Source: Candidatus Micrarchaeaceae archaeon (GTDB lineage Archaea; Micrarchaeota; Micrarchaeia; Micrarchaeales; Micrarchaeaceae). From it: 15,900 bases of DNA. Under the pieces are notes generated by a model, which was not told where the DNA came from, did no database searches, and saw nothing but the letters and a program-made list of their open reading frames with translations. Position 1 is the stretch's first letter. Every line of letters starts with the position of its first letter. The translations under genes and the position numbers were made by a program. Below are positions 7,926 through 15,900 of the stretch, piece after piece. The stretch is from contig JBEKES010000019.1 in the NCBI GenBank assembly GCA_050013715.1, positions 1-15,900 of the forward strand, in the 5' to 3' direction.

Positions 7926-9008
7926 TTGTTGTTAAAAGTAGTTTTCAACGGCAGTGTAAATTATTTGCAGATAATGGACGAGACAGGTGCCATAGACTCG
8001 ACACTCTTTCCTAGCGATCTTACAGATGACAAAATAATTGAGATGTACAAATGGATGTGCTTTGCAAGAGCACTTGACGCCAAGGCGCTGAGCCTTCAAA
8101 GGCAGGGAAGACTTGCAACCTATGGACCGCTTATAGGAGAAGAGGCAACACAGGTAGGAAGCGCAATGGCGATGCGCGCATCAGATTGGTTTGTGCCTAA
8201 TTTCAGGCAGCATGGAGTATTTCTTGTAAGAGGATTGCCGCTTGACTTGTTCTTCCTTTACTGGAAGGGCTATGAAGAAGGTGCAATAATACCTGAGAAT
8301 GTAAAGGCATTGCCGCCAATAGTTCCAGTTGCATCGCAGGTGCCGCATGGTGCTGGGCTTGCCTATGCCCAGAAATACAACAAGAAAGACAGTGCAGTAA
8401 TAGCCTATGTTGGAGATGGAGGAAGCTCTGAAGGGGATTTCTACGAGGCATTGAACTTTGCCGGAGTTTTCAAGATTCCGCTTATAACAATTATAGAAAA
8501 TAATCAGTGGGCGATTTCAGTGCCAAGAAAAAACCAGACTGCAGCTGAAACCCTTGCGCAAAAGGGATTTGCTGCTGGTGTTAATGTGCTGCAGGTAGAT
8601 GGCAATGACGTAGTTGCAGTTTACAAGGCTGTTACCGATGCGATAGCCCATTCAAAGGAGAAGCCAACACTCATAGAATGCGTAACCTACAGGATGAGCA
8701 TGCACACAACTGCAGATGATCCCACAAAATACAGGAGCGACGATGAAGTTGCACTGTGGAAGATGAAGGATCCGATTTCAAGAGTTAAATTATATTTGAC
8801 AAAGAAGAACATATGGAGCGACGACCTTGAAGAAAAAATGGACGAGGAGCACAAGAAAATAATCGATGATGCAGTTGATAAGTCAGAATCGGTAAAACAC
8901 GATCCAAAGATGATGTTCGAGCATGTATACAGCTACATTCCGGACATTTTAAAAGAAGAATTGGATGCAGCTATTGCATCAAACTTCTACCAAGAAGAGG
9001 GTAATTGA
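7926..9008 (+). CDS. pdhA: Pyruvate/2-oxoacid dehydrogenase E1 alpha subunit
   Basis: LQRQGR, GEEATQVG, TPP motif GDGGSSEGDF...ENNQWAIS, VDGND, TYRMSMHTTADDP. TTG start at 7926 or 7929 after GGGTG. Confidence 0.95.
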   Translation: MLLKVVFNGSVNYLQIMDETGAIDSTLFPSDLTDDKIIEMYKWMCFARALDAKALSLQRQGRLATYGPLIGEEATQVGSAMAMRASDWFVPNFRQHGVFLVRGLPLDLFFLYWKGYEEGAIIPENVKALPPIVPVASQVPHGAGLAYAQKYNKKDSAVIAYVGDGGSSEGDFYEALNFAGVFKIPLITIIENNQWAISVPRKNQTAAETLAQKGFAAGVNVLQVDGNDVVAVYKAVTDAIAHSKEKPTLIECVTYRMSMHTTADDPTKYRSDDEVALWKMKDPISRVKLYLTKKNIWSDDLEEKMDEEHKKIIDDAVDKSESVKHDPKMMFEHVYSYIPDILKEELDAAIASNFYQEEGN

Positions 9009-9974
9009 ATGTTGACTAATATGGTAGGTGCGTTAAACAATGCGCTTGAGCTTATACTGAAAGATGATGACAAGGCCATAATACTTGGAGAAGATGTTGG
9101 AAAAGACGGCGGAGTGTTCAGAGTTACTGATGGATTGCAGGCAAAATTCGGGCCAGAAAGAGTTGTTGATACACCACTTGCAGAATCGGCAATACTTGGA
9201 GCATCGATAGGAATGGCGATAGGCGGAATGCGCCCGATACCTGAAATACAGTTTGCTGGTTTCATGTACATGGGATTCGACCAATTGATAAACCATGCAG
9301 CACGCTATAGATCAAGAACAAGATCAACCTATAAAGTGCCCATGATTGTGAGAACTCCGGTAAGTGGAGGAGTGAAAACGCTTGAGCATCATTCCGACAG
9401 CCCTGAAGCCTATTATTCGCACATTGGTGGCTTGATGGTTGTGGAACCTTCAAATCCCTACGATGCAAAAGGACTTCTCATAAGGGCATCACATCTTGAT
9501 GATCCTGTAATTTTTCTTGAGCCTACAAAATTATACAGACTATTCAAGCAGGACATACCTGAAGAGTCCTATGAAATACCTATAGGCAAGGCAAACATAG
9601 TTAGCGAAGGAGACAAGCTCACAATAGTTACATATGGAACAATGGTTCCTGTTGTGAAAGATGTAGTTAGCAAGAAGAATATTTCAGCTGAAATAATAGA
9701 TTTGCGGACAATAAATCCGCTTGATGAAGCTACGATAATAGAAAGCGTAAAGAAGACAGGAAGAGTAGTAATTGTTCATGAAGCAGAACTTAGCTTCGGT
9801 GTTGGTGCAGAAGTTGCGGCAAGAATAGCCGAGAAGGCAATCTTTGAACTGCAGGCGCCAATAGTAAGAGTAGGTTCGCACAGCTTCCCGTATCCATTCC
9901 CTGGCTATGAGAATTATTATATTCCCAATGCCGTGAAAATATCAAAGGCAATAGACAAGGTTCTGCAGGCGTGA
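9009..9974 (+). CDS. pdhB: Pyruvate/2-oxoacid dehydrogenase E1 beta subunit
   Basis: GEDVGKDGGVFRVTDGL, DTPLAES, EIQF, EHHSDSPE, DPVIFLEP, IDLRT, VHEA. Abuts pdhA. Confidence 0.96.
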   Translation: MLTNMVGALNNALELILKDDDKAIILGEDVGKDGGVFRVTDGLQAKFGPERVVDTPLAESAILGASIGMAIGGMRPIPEIQFAGFMYMGFDQLINHAARYRSRTRSTYKVPMIVRTPVSGGVKTLEHHSDSPEAYYSHIGGLMVVEPSNPYDAKGLLIRASHLDDPVIFLEPTKLYRLFKQDIPEESYEIPIGKANIVSEGDKLTIVTYGTMVPVVKDVVSKKNISAEIIDLRTINPLDEATIIESVKKTGRVVIVHEAELSFGVGAEVAARIAEKAIFELQAPIVRVGSHSFPYPFPGYENYYIPNAVKISKAIDKVLQA

Positions 9975-9977
9975 TTT

Positions 9978-11213
9978 ATGAAAGAGATAAGATTTGTTGA
10001 TGTTGGCGAAGGCATAACAGAAGGCCACATACAGAAATGGCTTGTCAATGACGGCGATGCAGTAAAGGAGGATCAATCGCTCGTCATGGTGGAAACGGAC
10101 AAGGCAGTTGTTAATGTACCCTCGCCAATAGACGGATTTGTAAAAGTTGTTGCAAAGGAAAACACAACAGTGCATGTTGGGGATTTAGTTGCACAGATAG
10201 GAACCAAGGAAGAATTGTCAACTTCCAATACCTCACAAAAGCCAGCCGAAAAACCAGAAGAGAATTTGCAGCAAAAGGCAGATGTTCCTGCTGCTGCGCC
10301 GCAAAGTTCATCAAAGGAAATAATCACAACACCTTATGTTAGAAAGCTTGCAAGAGACCTGAATGTCGATCTTTCAAAAGTTACAGGAACAGGACCCAAT
10401 GGCAGAATCCTTGAGAATGACATACGAAGTTTCGGGAAGAGAAGCACTCCAACAGCTTTGATTGTAAAAAGCGCCGAGAAGTTCTCCGAGACCCTTGAGG
10501 AAAAGCACAAAGATGACATAGAAAGAATACCGATGTCCCAAACCAGGAAAGCAATTGCAAGGAACATGGAGAATTCACTGAGCGTTCCAAGCGCCGCGCA
10601 CATGGATCTGATAAATGTTACAAAATTGTTCAACATAGTTTCAACTGAAAAACCAAAGCTTGAAAAGGACATGAATCTGCATCTTACATTCCTTCCATTT
10701 ATAATAAAGGCTACAATTGAAGCAATAAAGGAGAATCCCAACTTCAACGCAAGCTACGACCACGAAAAATTGGAAATAATAAGAAAGAACTATTACAACA
10801 TAGGGCTTGCGGCTGAAGCACCAGACGGATTAAAGGTAGTTGTAATCAAAGAGGCAGAAAAGAAAACAGTCGTTGAAATCGCAAAGGAAATACAGGATCT
10901 CACAAAAAAGATAAAGGACCAGACAATAACAATCGATGAGATGAAGGACAGCACCTTCACCATAACGAACATAGGGAGCCTAGGAGGAGGATATCTTGCA
11001 GTTCCCATCATAAACTATCCGGATGTTGCAATTTTAGGCATAGGAAAGATAAGAGACACTCCAATAGCTGAAAACAATGAGATAAAAATTGCAAAGATTA
11101 TGCCATTCTCGCTTGTTTTTGACCATAGGGTAGTAGACGGTGCAGAAGCGGTTAAATTCGGTAACGCACTGATAAAGTATCTGGAGGATCCGGATTTGCT
11201 TGATATGATATAA
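9978..11213 (+). CDS. pdhC: Dihydrolipoamide acyltransferase E2 (one lipoyl domain)
   Basis: Lipoyl motif VETDKAV, Ala/Pro/Glu linker, E3-binding PYVRKLAR...GTGPNGRI, and catalytic TITNIG and FDHRVVDG. Confidence 0.96.
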   Translation: MKEIRFVDVGEGITEGHIQKWLVNDGDAVKEDQSLVMVETDKAVVNVPSPIDGFVKVVAKENTTVHVGDLVAQIGTKEELSTSNTSQKPAEKPEENLQQKADVPAAAPQSSSKEIITTPYVRKLARDLNVDLSKVTGTGPNGRILENDIRSFGKRSTPTALIVKSAEKFSETLEEKHKDDIERIPMSQTRKAIARNMENSLSVPSAAHMDLINVTKLFNIVSTEKPKLEKDMNLHLTFLPFIIKATIEAIKENPNFNASYDHEKLEIIRKNYYNIGLAAEAPDGLKVVVIKEAEKKTVVEIAKEIQDLTKKIKDQTITIDEMKDSTFTITNIGSLGGGYLAVPIINYPDVAILGIGKIRDTPIAENNEIKIAKIMPFSLVFDHRVVDGAEAVKFGNALIKYLEDPDLLDMI

Positions 11214-11272
11214 TTATTCTTTTTAAAGATAACTATAAATATTTCCTTAAACAGAGTAAACTGAGTGAGGAA

Positions 11273-12097
11273 ATGGTAACAAAAACTGGAGATTCAACTA
11301 AGAAAAATGTAATACGTAGTTGTGAAGAACTCTGCACAAAGATAATGGGGAATGATACATTATCAATTAAATTAAGTATATCATTGCAAAATTTTGCAGA
11401 GAAAACTCCAGAAAGGGAGATGCGTTTTATAACATATACCTGGTATATGCTTCAAAAAGTTGACGGACAGGGTGCAAATATAGTTCCTGCTAGTCTTTCA
11501 GCATCAAATGCAATTGTAAATAATACCGTACTAAATATAGTAAACATTTTAGCTGAATTAGAAAAGTATAGGCCTGATCTGGCTTCAGACATATTGGAGC
11601 AGTTGAATCATTATTCTGGTTCCTCTAGCCCGGAAAGAGGACATTATGTCGATGGCAAAATAACTTCAGAAGCTGCACAGAGAGAAAGAGTCCGATTATT
11701 CCAGTTATCTGAGTTTGTTGCAAGTTATTGCCCAGAAATCTTAGATTTATACAAAGACGCCGCATATCTCCAAAAAGACATAGTGATAAATGCAATAGCT
11801 TTGGTGGGTAAAAGTAAAATCGGAGAATATAGAGAAGTTAATCGTGATTCCATAAAAAGGGGGCATGTTCTTTTAGATTTCTTTTCAATTCCAGAAATAG
11901 CAAAAGCAATGAAGGAAATTGAACGCAATACGCTTGGAGATGTAAGTACTATTGTATATGAAGTTAGTAATTTGATTGAAAGAACAGGAAGTGATGCGTT
12001 GGCAAAAAACATTATTGGCCTTTATGCACTTGATACGCCTACTTTCATTTCGTTCTGCAGAATAATTAATTTTATAGAAAAAGCAAGAAGAGAATAA
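11273..12097 (+). CDS. Hypothetical protein (274 aa), no recognised family
   Basis: Long ORF with GTGAGG SD and a TATAAATA box upstream. AT-richer than the pdh genes on spot counts. Confidence 0.75.
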   Translation: MVTKTGDSTKKNVIRSCEELCTKIMGNDTLSIKLSISLQNFAEKTPEREMRFITYTWYMLQKVDGQGANIVPASLSASNAIVNNTVLNIVNILAELEKYRPDLASDILEQLNHYSGSSSPERGHYVDGKITSEAAQRERVRLFQLSEFVASYCPEILDLYKDAAYLQKDIVINAIALVGKSKIGEYREVNRDSIKRGHVLLDFFSIPEIAKAMKEIERNTLGDVSTIVYEVSNLIERTGSDALAKNIIGLYALDTPTFISFCRIINFIEKARRE

Positions 12098-12148
12098 AAT
12101 TAATATCTACTGTTTCTGAAGAAAAAGTAAATTTTAATTGATATCAGT

Positions 12149-13063
12149 TTACGGCTGCGTATAGTTGTCTATGTATCCTGCAATGTTGTAATGCTCTGCG
12201 GCATAGGCATTGTTGTTGTTTCCGCTGTAATCATTTAAATTGCCGTTGAGCGGCCACCAGCCCACCAAATATTGTAGATTTGTAGGAGGGCCTGCCAGTC
12301 CTTCGCTGTAAAGATTGTAAAGCGCATTCTGTGAGAGCGACGTATTGTATAATTGCACATTTGAGATTATCCCATTCCATGGCGAAGCAATAAGCATTGC
12401 GCTTGCGCCTTTTATTGCATATGCGCCCACTGCCAGCGAAGACGAGGCCGTTTGATTGCTGTTTATAACAGAATAACCGATTAGGTTGCCGTTGTTGTAT
12501 TCTGCAGCTACAAAGACCCATGTATCTGAAGGCATCGAGTTCGTAGTGAGACATGCATACCCTGAGTAGAACCCAACATAAAGTCCTTTGCCGCAGTAAT
12601 TTGCATTGTTGTTGCTAACATATAATGCATTCCATGGAGGGCCCTGTGCCGTAAAATTGCCATAGGTAAATGCAGTCTGGGACGGACCAGGATCCTCAGT
12701 ATATATCCATCCAGTTAGTGTTACTGCCCTGCCGTCAGTTGCGGTAATTGTGGGTATGAATTTAGTAGGATTTATTATGATATTGGATCCCTGAAAATTA
12801 AGAAATGCAGAGGTGTATGAGAACTTGCTTACGTATTCTGGAAGCTCTCCGCTGCATACTCCGACAAAACCTATCGAATCAAGAGAGCCCGGACCCCCTG
12901 GCCTGTATACAGAACAGTCTCCCGGAGGAGCCCTTGGCTGAAAGAACTTTCCGTTCAATATTCCAAAATAGAAGAATACACTTAAAACTACGGCGATTAT
13001 CAATATAGCCCAGCCATAGGTGCTAATAAACTCTATTGCGGCTTGAGCGTTCTTTTTATTCAT
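12149..13063 (-). CDS. Pilin-like class III signal peptide protein with LamG/concanavalin A-like domain
   Basis: N-terminus MNKKNAQAAIEFISTYGWAILIIAVV. LamG-like features are TLTGWI, DTWVFVAAEY, WNGIISNVQLYNTSLS and LVGWWPLNGNLNDYSGNNN. Start set to ATG 13063 with GGAGGT SD upstream. Confidence 0.85.
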   Translation of the reverse strand: MNKKNAQAAIEFISTYGWAILIIAVVLSVFFYFGILNGKFFQPRAPPGDCSVYRPGGPGSLDSIGFVGVCSGELPEYVSKFSYTSAFLNFQGSNIIINPTKFIPTITATDGRAVTLTGWIYTEDPGPSQTAFTYGNFTAQGPPWNALYVSNNNANYCGKGLYVGFYSGYACLTTNSMPSDTWVFVAAEYNNGNLIGYSVINSNQTASSSLAVGAYAIKGASAMLIASPWNGIISNVQLYNTSLSQNALYNLYSEGLAGPPTNLQYLVGWWPLNGNLNDYSGNNNNAYAAEHYNIAGYIDNYTQP

Positions 13064-13208
13064 TAAGTCACTACCTCCCTTCGACACAATTAACTAAGAT
13101 ATTTCAAATATATATAATTAACTGATTTCTGTTTTCCGATACAAACAAGATCCCATGGACAATAGGTCAATATTATAAGCTTATTAGGCAAATAGTATTG
13201 GCGTTGCC

Positions 13209-14576
13209 ATGGTAATGGGCTCTATACCAGAACAGGTGGATCTTGCAATCATAGGAGGAGGAGTGGGAGGCTACGTAGCCGCCATACGCGCAGCTGAATT
13301 GGGCCTAAGCGTTGCAATTGTGGAGAAGAACAAACTGGGAGGCCATTGTTTGAACTATGCCTGCATACCATCCAAGACGCTAATAAAAATATCCGACATA
13401 TTCTACGAGGCACAGCATTCGCAGAAGTTCGGAATTGATGGCAGTGTGACTCTTGATGCTAAGAAGATGCTGCAATGGCGCATGGATGTTTCGAAGAAAC
13501 TTGAAGATGGAGTTGCATTTCTATGCAAGAGCAATCAGATAGATGTCTTCAAGGGAACGGCAACCTTCATTGGAACGAACACTCTCCAGTTAACGGATGG
13601 AATTTCGCTTGAATTCAAGAAAGCGGTAATAGCAACAGGATCGGAGCCAACACCAATGAAAGGATTTGGATTCAGTGAACGAATAATCGATTACAAGCAG
13701 GCACTAATGCTTGATCATATACCAAAGTCAATGGCGATAATAGGCGCTGGGTACGTTGCAGTTGAAATAGGCACGCTATACGCAAAGCTGGGAAGCAAGG
13801 TAAGCATAATCGCAAGGAGCGACGTATTATCGAGATTCGACAAGGACGCAGTTGCGCTAGTAAAGAAGCGCATGCAGGAATTAGGAATTACAATATACAC
13901 AGAGGCAAGCCCTGTTTCCTGTGACAATGCAAGCATAACATTGAGCAATAATACGAAAGTAGATGCAGAAGCGATAGTTGTTGCGATCGGATTAACACCA
14001 TATACTCAAGATTTGGGACTTGAAAACACTAAAGTGCAAATGGATGAAAAAGGATTCATAAAAATTGATAATACTCTTAAAACAACTGATCCGAACATAT
14101 TTGCCATAGGAGATGTTGTTGGAGAACCCATGCTTGCACACAAGGCGATGAGGCAGGGAGTTGTAGCAGCTGAAATTGCAGCTAATCAGAATTCCAGTTA
14201 CGACAACATAGTAGTTCCGGCTGTTATTTTCTCTGATCCTGAAATAGCGATTGCAGGAACTGTTGAAGTTACAGATGAAATAAAAGTAACGAAGTTCCCG
14301 CTCACTGCATTGGGCAGAAGCATAGCACTAGACACTACAAACGGGTTTGTTAAAATAGCCTATGACAGCGAGAATACAGTAAAAGGTGTTGAAATAGTTT
14401 CAGATGAAGCCAGCTCGATGATTTCTGAAGCTGCACTGGCAATAGAAATGGGTGCAAACCTTGAAGACATCGCAGATACAATACATCCGCATCCAACCTA
14501 CAGCGAAGCGATTCAGGAAGCAGCTGAAGGAGCACTTGGAAAAGGAATACACTTCTTCTACGGTAAGAAAAAGTAG
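13209..14576 (+). CDS. lpdA: Dihydrolipoamide dehydrogenase E3 with atypical NADP-type second Rossmann fold
   Basis: MVMG start, IIGGGVGGYVAAIRAAELG, redox CLNYAC-IPSK, ATGS, IGD..GEPMLAHKA, and C-terminal HPHPTYSE. TATTATAA about 30 bp upstream. Confidence 0.92.
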   Translation: MVMGSIPEQVDLAIIGGGVGGYVAAIRAAELGLSVAIVEKNKLGGHCLNYACIPSKTLIKISDIFYEAQHSQKFGIDGSVTLDAKKMLQWRMDVSKKLEDGVAFLCKSNQIDVFKGTATFIGTNTLQLTDGISLEFKKAVIATGSEPTPMKGFGFSERIIDYKQALMLDHIPKSMAIIGAGYVAVEIGTLYAKLGSKVSIIARSDVLSRFDKDAVALVKKRMQELGITIYTEASPVSCDNASITLSNNTKVDAEAIVVAIGLTPYTQDLGLENTKVQMDEKGFIKIDNTLKTTDPNIFAIGDVVGEPMLAHKAMRQGVVAAEIAANQNSSYDNIVVPAVIFSDPEIAIAGTVEVTDEIKVTKFPLTALGRSIALDTTNGFVKIAYDSENTVKGVEIVSDEASSMISEAALAIEMGANLEDIADTIHPHPTYSEAIQEAAEGALGKGIHFFYGKKK

Positions 14577-14581
14577 ATTAG

Positions 14582-15319
14582 ATGGATTACGACAAGGACT
14601 TCGAGGACGGTTTTGAATACACTTCATTGGGAGCATTGCATTTCAAGCATCATCCAGGCACAAAGGAAAAGATAATATTCCTGCATGGAATTGGCGCAGA
14701 TGTAAAGGTATGGAGCAAGCTTGTTCAATACCTGCCAAGTGATCTTGACATTTTTCTCATAGATTTGCTAGGCCATGGGGAATCGGATGCACCACATATC
14801 GAATACACAGTTAGCAGCCAATTCCAGGCACTTAGGGAATTCATCGCCTTGCAGAACAATGGCGACAGCTACATCTTCGGGCATTCCTATGGAGGATGGA
14901 TTGCCGCATATTACGCATCGCAGCCCTGCAGTTCGAAAGGCATTATACTTGAGGATTCAGCAGGCTCAAAGGAATTTTTTGAACAATTATCCAGTTCGGG
15001 CAAATCAAAGGAATACAATGAAAAGCTTTTCAACAACGTAATGATAATGAACAGCAACAAGGATTATGTGATAAGGAGCATACTTGATTTCGATATTTCA
15101 GAGGATCAGCTTACCACAGAGCTGCTTTCAGACATAAAGACAAAGACATTGGTATTGTGGGGAGCAAACGACACCGTAATAGACAAAAGCTACGGGCAGA
15201 ATATTGCAAAAGCAATAACATCAAGCGAATTGAAAGTCATAGATGGCGCAGGTCATGATCCCCATTACACTAATCCAAAGGAAGTGAGCGATGCGATTAT
15301 GCAGTTCATGAAGTTATAA
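14582..15319 (+). CDS. Alpha/beta-fold hydrolase
   Basis: FLHG oxyanion motif, IDLLGHGES, nucleophile elbow GHSYGG, LWGAND (Asp) and GAGHDPH (His). Lies 5 bp after lpdA. Confidence 0.92.
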   Translation: MDYDKDFEDGFEYTSLGALHFKHHPGTKEKIIFLHGIGADVKVWSKLVQYLPSDLDIFLIDLLGHGESDAPHIEYTVSSQFQALREFIALQNNGDSYIFGHSYGGWIAAYYASQPCSSKGIILEDSAGSKEFFEQLSSSGKSKEYNEKLFNNVMIMNSNKDYVIRSILDFDISEDQLTTELLSDIKTKTLVLWGANDTVIDKSYGQNIAKAITSSELKVIDGAGHDPHYTNPKEVSDAIMQFMKL

Positions 15320-15353
15320 ATATTTAAAGCAAATAAGATATTTTAGTGATTAT

Positions 15354-15827
15354 ATGGTCTTAAAAGAGCATGCAACTAAAACGGCAGCCTTGCCAGGTCT
15401 AAGACTGAGTCCAGTCAATGAGTATAGGATGTCTATTAGCATAGGCTCCTTTTACTATAGGAAAGAGGTTTCGTTTACAAGCATAGCATCAAACGACAAC
15501 GCATTTAGAATCTTCATTGACGCAGCAAATTTTGCAGCAAAGCACGAATGGAAAAAGAAGACCACTAGAGCGGCAAGGAAGGCATACGATGCGGCCTTCA
15601 AAAATGGTTTAATTTGCAGGGAGCTTGGATTATTTATTAGAGCATCAGCATACTTCAATCAGGCGAAAGGCGTCTCAGAAAAGTATCTAGGAAACCGATT
15701 GAATGAACAAGCAAATTTTGCATCAGAAGATTCAACGCTGTCATATGCTGCAAAGCTGGCACTTACAAATATGAGAAGAGAAGAAGGAGAGGCAAGAATG
15801 GCAGAGGCATTTAGGGCGAATGTTTAA
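15354..15827 (+). CDS. Hypothetical protein (157 aa), Ala-rich helical C-terminal part
   Basis: ORF with ATTTAAA TATA-like element and GTGAT SD just upstream. No family recognised. Confidence 0.7.
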   Translation: MVLKEHATKTAALPGLRLSPVNEYRMSISIGSFYYRKEVSFTSIASNDNAFRIFIDAANFAAKHEWKKKTTRAARKAYDAAFKNGLICRELGLFIRASAYFNQAKGVSEKYLGNRLNEQANFASEDSTLSYAAKLALTNMRREEGEARMAEAFRANV

Positions 15828-15900
15828 ATATTCTATGTTCGTAATACTTCGTGAAAACAACTAAATGTTAGCCTTTTAGTTATATGCTACGAATACAATA

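Noticed and set aside
12098..13123. Short AT-rich direct repeats flanking the LamG gene (AATTAATATC/AATTGATATC at 12098/12136; AATTAACT at 13088/13116) as insertion scars
   Set aside because: Low-complexity AT-rich matches that do not pair across the gene as a target-site duplication, and no mobile-element gene is present.
13209..14576. Calling this gene mercuric reductase or glutathione reductase because of the NADP-type motif
   Set aside because: No C-terminal Cys-Cys pair or metal-binding domain. The N-terminus, MLAHKA and HPHPTYSE motifs and the pdh context are E3-like.
2113..15658. Numerous short nested or antisense ORFs from the track (e.g. 2113-2496, 6263-6607, 10334-10747, 12231-12554)
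   Set aside because: They overlap confidently assigned genes and lack recognisable motifs or translation signals.
1..15900. tRNA, rRNA, CRISPR array, transposase or integrase
   Set aside because: Intergenic gaps are short (up to about 150 bp) and AT-rich, with no cloverleaf, spaced repeats or recombinase motifs seen.

Overview
Archaeal chromosomal window, most consistent with a DPANN lineage such as Micrarchaeota. That is an inference from the archaeal-type PheRS, TATA/BRE promoters, GTGAT/GGAGGT ribosome-binding sites and a QxAxEFxxTYGWAIL class III signal-peptide protein. In order it holds: a small basic ORF, a ccdA plus DipZ-like thioredoxin pair (minus strand), pheS-pheT, an orphan, DUF763 and NAD kinase (minus), and a 2-oxoacid (probably pyruvate) dehydrogenase cluster. 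In that cluster E1alpha-E1beta-E2 are separated from E3 by an orphan and a pilin-like/LamG gene. An alpha/beta hydrolase and another orphan follow. Two observations stand out. (1) The E3 has a glutathione-reductase-like NADP(H) fingerprint (GAGYVA...ARSDVLSR) rather than the NAD-type one, and an NAD kinase is transcribed divergently from pdhA across a perfect 9-9-9 inverted repeat. This suggests a natural NADP-linked dehydrogenase complex. (2) The CcdA appears circularly permuted, with its normally N-terminal SPC catalytic helix at the C-terminus. No rRNA, tRNA, CRISPR array or mobile element was recognised.
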